Positions 48,801 to 51,681 of a stretch of DNA of 51,681 nt are shown piece after piece (the stretch's first letter is position 1; every line of letters starts with the position of its first letter). The stretch is from Phoronis australis (Eukaryota; Animalia; Phoronida): the NCBI GenBank assembly GCA_002633005.1, contig NMRA01000366.1:340015-391695 (forward strand). The letters run 5' to 3'. The translations under genes and the position numbers were made by a program. The notes below the pieces were generated by a model that made no database searches, had not been told where the DNA came from, and was given only the letters and a program-made list of their open reading frames with translations.

Positions 48801-51154
48801 TGGCTTAAGTGTGTATCTTTGGAGATTTTAGGTGGATTTTCATGAACTTTGGCAAATTGCTTTGAAAGACGACAGCGCCCCAGTTTTGGATGGGTTCAAT
48901 GTATTTTGTGCCATCTAATGGCCATTTTTAGGGTACTAAATACTATCCCTAGAAGCACACCATTTGCAGTGCAGTCTTGGGTGCATTTGAACGCTCCGTG
49001 GTGCTCTTGTATTACATTTGCCCGCTCAGTTACACCACATGTGACTCGTGACCTCCATTGACCTTGACCTATTTTTTGCAGACGCTCGTCTACTTTAGAC
49101 AATCACAAGAAGACACACAGTGAAACAAAAGCCTTCGTCTGCAAAGAATGTAACATGGGGTTTCATCAAAAAGGCAATTTGACGACGCACATGCGTACTC
49201 ACACAGGTAAGTCATCACTGTTCTGTCAAGCTTCCTAACTGAGTAAACTAAAATCAAAGTTTTTGTGGGAATAGTGGTCGGTAAAAACAGGCAAAATGAC
49301 TTTGTGCACAAACTTTAAAATCTGTGTATATGTAAACAACGACATATTGATTGACTTTTCGGTGTATTGTCTATAACTTATTCTTTAGACAAAAGCCAAA
49401 AGTTCACAGTAGTCCAGTTAGGTGATGCAGGTGGAGAAACAGACTGTACAGGTAAAGGTCAAAGTGCATTGTGAGGGAAGAGACCTGAAATCAAAACAGT
49501 TGGAGCTCAAATGAACCAATGTTTCTATTGAGATAGCACTCAGCATGTTTCAAGCGTATAATCATGTTGAGAGCTATCTCAATAGAAACATTGGTTCATT
49601 TGAGTTACAACTGTTTTGATTTCTGGTCTCTTCCCTCATAATGCATTTTGACCTGTACCTGTACAGTCTGTTTATTCACCTTTGTCACCAGATTGGACTA
49701 TTGTGAACTTTTGTCTTGAGAATGTTTTATAGACAATAAACCGAAATGTCGATCAATATGTCGTTGTTTACATATGCGCTGATTTTAAAGTTCGTACTCA
49801 TATTTTGGCCAAACACAAATGTGACTTTGGTGTATGTTTTCACCATCAAGGTGTCTTGTGTCTAGTTATAAAAGCAGAAAACTGGCTGTCAACAATTTAT
49901 GAAAAAAGAGTTAGTCTTCAATGACGGGAAGTTTTGTCAGTTTATATTTAGCAGTTGTGTTTCAAAGCTAGACATTAGTAATGCGCAGCAATGTACTGAG
50001 GTATGCCACCAAATCAAGTGTACCAAACAGCTTCAGTCTGCAAGAATTGGTCAATGTTAAGCTGGACTTTTGCTCTTTCCTTAAAAAGGGTACTTGCATC
50101 TATCATCAGGCATGAAGTTTTTTAAGCCATCACAATGAACACACACAGCAGAGGACAAAAAAGATGATCAAAAATTTTCAAAACCCAATAATTTATACTC
50201 TACAAATACATGCCTGGATTGTGTATAAAAATGGAGTTTATTTCCGCTGTGACTTACTGTTTATCGATGAACATGCTCGCAAGCAATGCTTGACCTTGTA
50301 AATATCAAACACTGTTTACTGATTGTCTGTGTTTCCATTGTGCAGGAGAGAAGCCCTTCAAGTGTGACGACTGTTATAAATCATTTGGACAGAAGTCTAA
50401 TCTGACGAGTCATGTTGCGGCTGTACATAAGCTCTTGACATGTGACATGTGCCCGGAAACCTTTAAGCGGAAGAGGCCCCTGAATGCCCACAAAATGATC
50501 ATGCATCCCACAAGCAAACTGACCAAGAGTGACAAACTTAGAGAAAATGACAAAGTGTCATCAGCCAAGTCACAGGTACCCAAGTCAAGTTACAAGCCAG
50601 TTCCCTACAAGAAGCTGCAAGAGCTGCGAGAGAAATCGGCAGAAAATCCTCAAAAGAAAATGTACTTGCTGGTGAAGCAGGCAGGTGGAATGAAAATGAT
50701 GATCCCCATGGATATTGTGAAAGTGGTTATGATGGGTGGCAAGGGGAACTCTGACAATCCTATCCACCAAATACTTGACAGGAAGTCTGAAAATCCGAAC
50801 GAGGAGAGTAGTTCAGCAGCTGTTCCTTTCCCAGTGACACTAGAGAACGCTCAAGATGGAGGTCTTTCAGCCGTTGACTTCACTTCAGATGGTCCCAACA
50901 CAGTAGATAGTGCTGGCGTTTGCAAGTTGCCTGACGTAGTTGATGTTGAAACCGACACAGGGTCAAGCGAGGGTCAGCGTTCCACTGACATCCTCTCTTG
51001 TCAGCCTCGTATGACCATCCCTATTACAGAGGTTGTTGTGCCGGCTACAGTTGAAGATCATACTGAAGACAGTGAGACCAGCAGTATGTCAACATCTTGT
51101 GTTCCTTCTGTGTTATATAACCAGACTAACACACTGGAGTGTATACAACCTTAA
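39814..51154 (+). CDS. SNAG-motif six-finger C2H2 zinc-finger transcription factor (Gfi/Fezf-related); join(39814-39886,41178-41224,[43802-43843],44044-44229,44687-44887,45983-46127,46357-46483,49082-49206,50346-51154), ~570 aa (584 with the optional exon)
   Basis: Begins MPRSFLRK (SNAG consensus MPRSFLVK), then an acidic linker. Fingers: CPICGKLFKQHYSFGRH, CDECGKLFRQSSTLCRH, CPQCPATFRRSSTLDNH, CKECNMGFHQKGNLTTH, CDDCYKSFGQKSNLTSH, CDMCPETFKRKRPLNAH. All introns are GT-AG and in phase. Confidence 0.88.
40726..41048. repeat. Diverged 60-bp tandem repeat, 5-6 copies
   Basis: ACCATGTGCCAACTAGC.TTAGTTTGTTTAGTCACCACCAGAG units in 60-nt register. Confidence 0.85.
41178..41224 (+). CDS. ZNF gene coding exon 2
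   Basis: ttttttctttaag|AT ... CAG|gtgaga; bridges phase 1 to phase 0. Confidence 0.75.
41530..41987 (+). mobile_element. 3'-truncated copy of the 45255-45745 MITE
   Basis: Collinear and highly similar (e.g. GAAAAGCGGAAGTTGCTCTTTATGTTTCGG; GGTGACAAATACTACGGCTCTGCAGCC). Confidence 0.8.
41999..42143 (+). mobile_element. Dimeric CATG-ended MITE, copy 3
   Basis: Same two-unit structure; 5-bp TSD AGTAA/AGTAA. Confidence 0.85.
42686..42820. repeat. 26-bp minisatellite x5
   Basis: CCCACCCTCACCCTTAGCAGTGT(A/T)TG. Confidence 0.9.
42908..43090. repeat. 34-bp palindromic minisatellite x~5
   Basis: GGCAGCCATACTTTATAGTACTATAGTCTATGCT, preceded by a near-perfect palindrome. Confidence 0.9.
43132..43364 (-). 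mobile_element. Full-length tRNA-derived SINE
   Basis: Minus strand GGAGGCAGTG-TGGCCTGATTGA (A box) ... GGTTCGAGTCCC (B box), T/TTA-rich tail; 12-bp TSD CACCGGATAATA at 43120-43131 and 43365-43376. Confidence 0.85.
43444..43670 (-). mobile_element. CATGCGCG(C/T)ACCCAG-family MITE
   Basis: CATG termini, 5-bp TSD GTATT/GTATT; right end homologous to the left end of 32051-33234. Confidence 0.75.
43802..43843 (+). CDS. Candidate 42-nt symmetric exon (QSRRRKLQKAIELQ)
   Basis: tag|cag NAGNAG acceptor, CAA|gtaagc donor, phase 0-0, no stop; acceptor pyrimidine tract is weak. Confidence 0.45.
44044..44229 (+). CDS. ZNF gene acidic exon
   Basis: ttgtag|GAT ... TTG|gtatgt, 62 codons. Confidence 0.8.
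44687..44887 (+). CDS. ZNF gene acidic exon with 60-bp duplication
   Basis: ttttcag|GAG ... GAG|gtatca; a second in-frame acceptor at 44747. Confidence 0.8.
45255..45745 (+). mobile_element. hAT-like MITE (TIR CAGGGCTTGAAAT)
   Basis: CGAGGCTTGAAAT / ATTTCAAGCCCTG; flanks AGAATA/AGAATT; second copy at 41530-41987. Confidence 0.75.
45983..46127 (+). CDS. ZNF gene exon, finger 1
   Basis: YKCPICGKLFKQHYSFGRHIVVHTG|gtaag. Confidence 0.92.
46357..46483 (+). CDS. ZNF gene exon, finger 2 and first half of finger 3
   Basis: ERRFKCDECGKLFRQSSTLCRHRVVH..YKCPQCPATFR|gtaagt. Confidence 0.93.
46526..49010 (+). mobile_element. Helentron/HINE-like non-autonomous element with a diverged ~120-140-bp internal tandem array
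   Basis: 5' TTATG..CCTAC..GTAGG short IR and ATGCACCC (46939); 3' GGGTGCAT plus small hairpin and TTGT (48979-49010). Repeated unit GCCCCTAGTGGC..T-rich..TATCT..ATGAAATTTGG. Boundaries are approximate. Confidence 0.55.
49082..49206 (+). CDS. ZNF gene exon, end of finger 3 and finger 4
   Basis: tttgcag|RSSTLDNHKKTHSETKAFVCKECNMGFHQKGNLTTHMRTHTG|gtaag. Confidence 0.93.
49311..49792. repeat. Long foldback palindrome (~240-bp arms, short loop near 49549-49561)
   Basis: e.g. CTCAAATGAACCAATGTTTCTATTGAGATAGC vs GCTATCTCAATAGAAACATTGGTTCATTTGAG; TATGTAAACAACGACATATTGAT vs ATCAATATGTCGTTGTTTACATA. Confidence 0.92.
50346..51154 (+). CDS. ZNF gene last exon, fingers 5-6 and acidic C-terminal tail
   Basis: tgcag|GA GAG AAG CCC TTC (GEKPF linker), continuous with ORF 50435-51154. 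Confidence 0.92.
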
Positions 51155-51681
51155 GGGACTTATCATTCTTTAATTTACTGCTAGCCTTCACCCTAGCCAG
51201 TTTTTGACTTCACTACAGGTACATAAAATACAGTTGACAAATAGCTTTTGATGAAAGCGAAACTAAATTTGTTTCCATGTCACAAATGCTTTGACACTTC
51301 CTAATTTTCTAATACACCCATTGATATTGGAACGGTGAGTTACACGTATAGGTGTGCCCTTAATCCCAATGCCTTATTCATAGTTCAGCACACGGCATTT
51401 TAAGTCCTTTTCTTCAAGTTGCTATTTACGAATCTTCAGTTGAAAATTAACTTTTGATATCCACAACTCACCATGATAATAAAAATATTGAGAAAAGAGC
51501 CCTTTTGGAACCAAAGAAACTGTACCTTGCGTAGAACGTGGTTCCAAGAGGGATCTATTCTCTATATTTTTATCATTTAAATGGAACCCTGCAATATACA
51601 TAGTATTACCATGATAATAAAAGTTGATCTCAACTGGGCTCTTTCTCAGATTAGATGAGATTTCTGGGAAGACTTGTTATT

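Noticed and set aside
39814-51154. Naming the ZNF gene FEZF, GFI1 or SNAI
   Set aside because: Mixed finger signatures, no evident Eh1 motif and an atypical C-terminal tail; orthology cannot be fixed without a phylogeny.

Overview
AT-rich eukaryotic (animal, probably invertebrate) genomic DNA with GT-AG introns. No prokaryotic features were seen. Four spliced genes were reconstructed by hand with phase-consistent exons. (1) A + strand type-I membrane protein: signal peptide-CUB-LDLa-TM-long Q-rich tail (4161-13563, ~498 aa). (2) RNA exonuclease 4/REXO4 on the - strand (25232-13913, 339 aa), convergent with gene 1. (3) A small secreted protein of two TSP1 repeats on the - strand (37273-34745, 151 aa). 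(4) A + strand six-finger C2H2 gene (39814-51154, ~570-584 aa) with an N-terminal SNAG-like motif (MPRSFLRK) and fingers resembling both Fezf and Gfi1. Introns and intergenic DNA are dense with repeats: a TTAA Kolobok-like deletion derivative with a THAP relic, a piggyBac-type MITE, CATG-ended MITEs with 5-bp TSDs (one family dimeric), hAT-like MITEs, an L1/Tx1 relic, a tRNA-derived SINE, a Helentron/HINE-like array with about 16 co-oriented CTCF-like motifs, a ~480-bp intronic foldback and many minisatellites. All assignments come from reading the sequence by eye; no searches were run.
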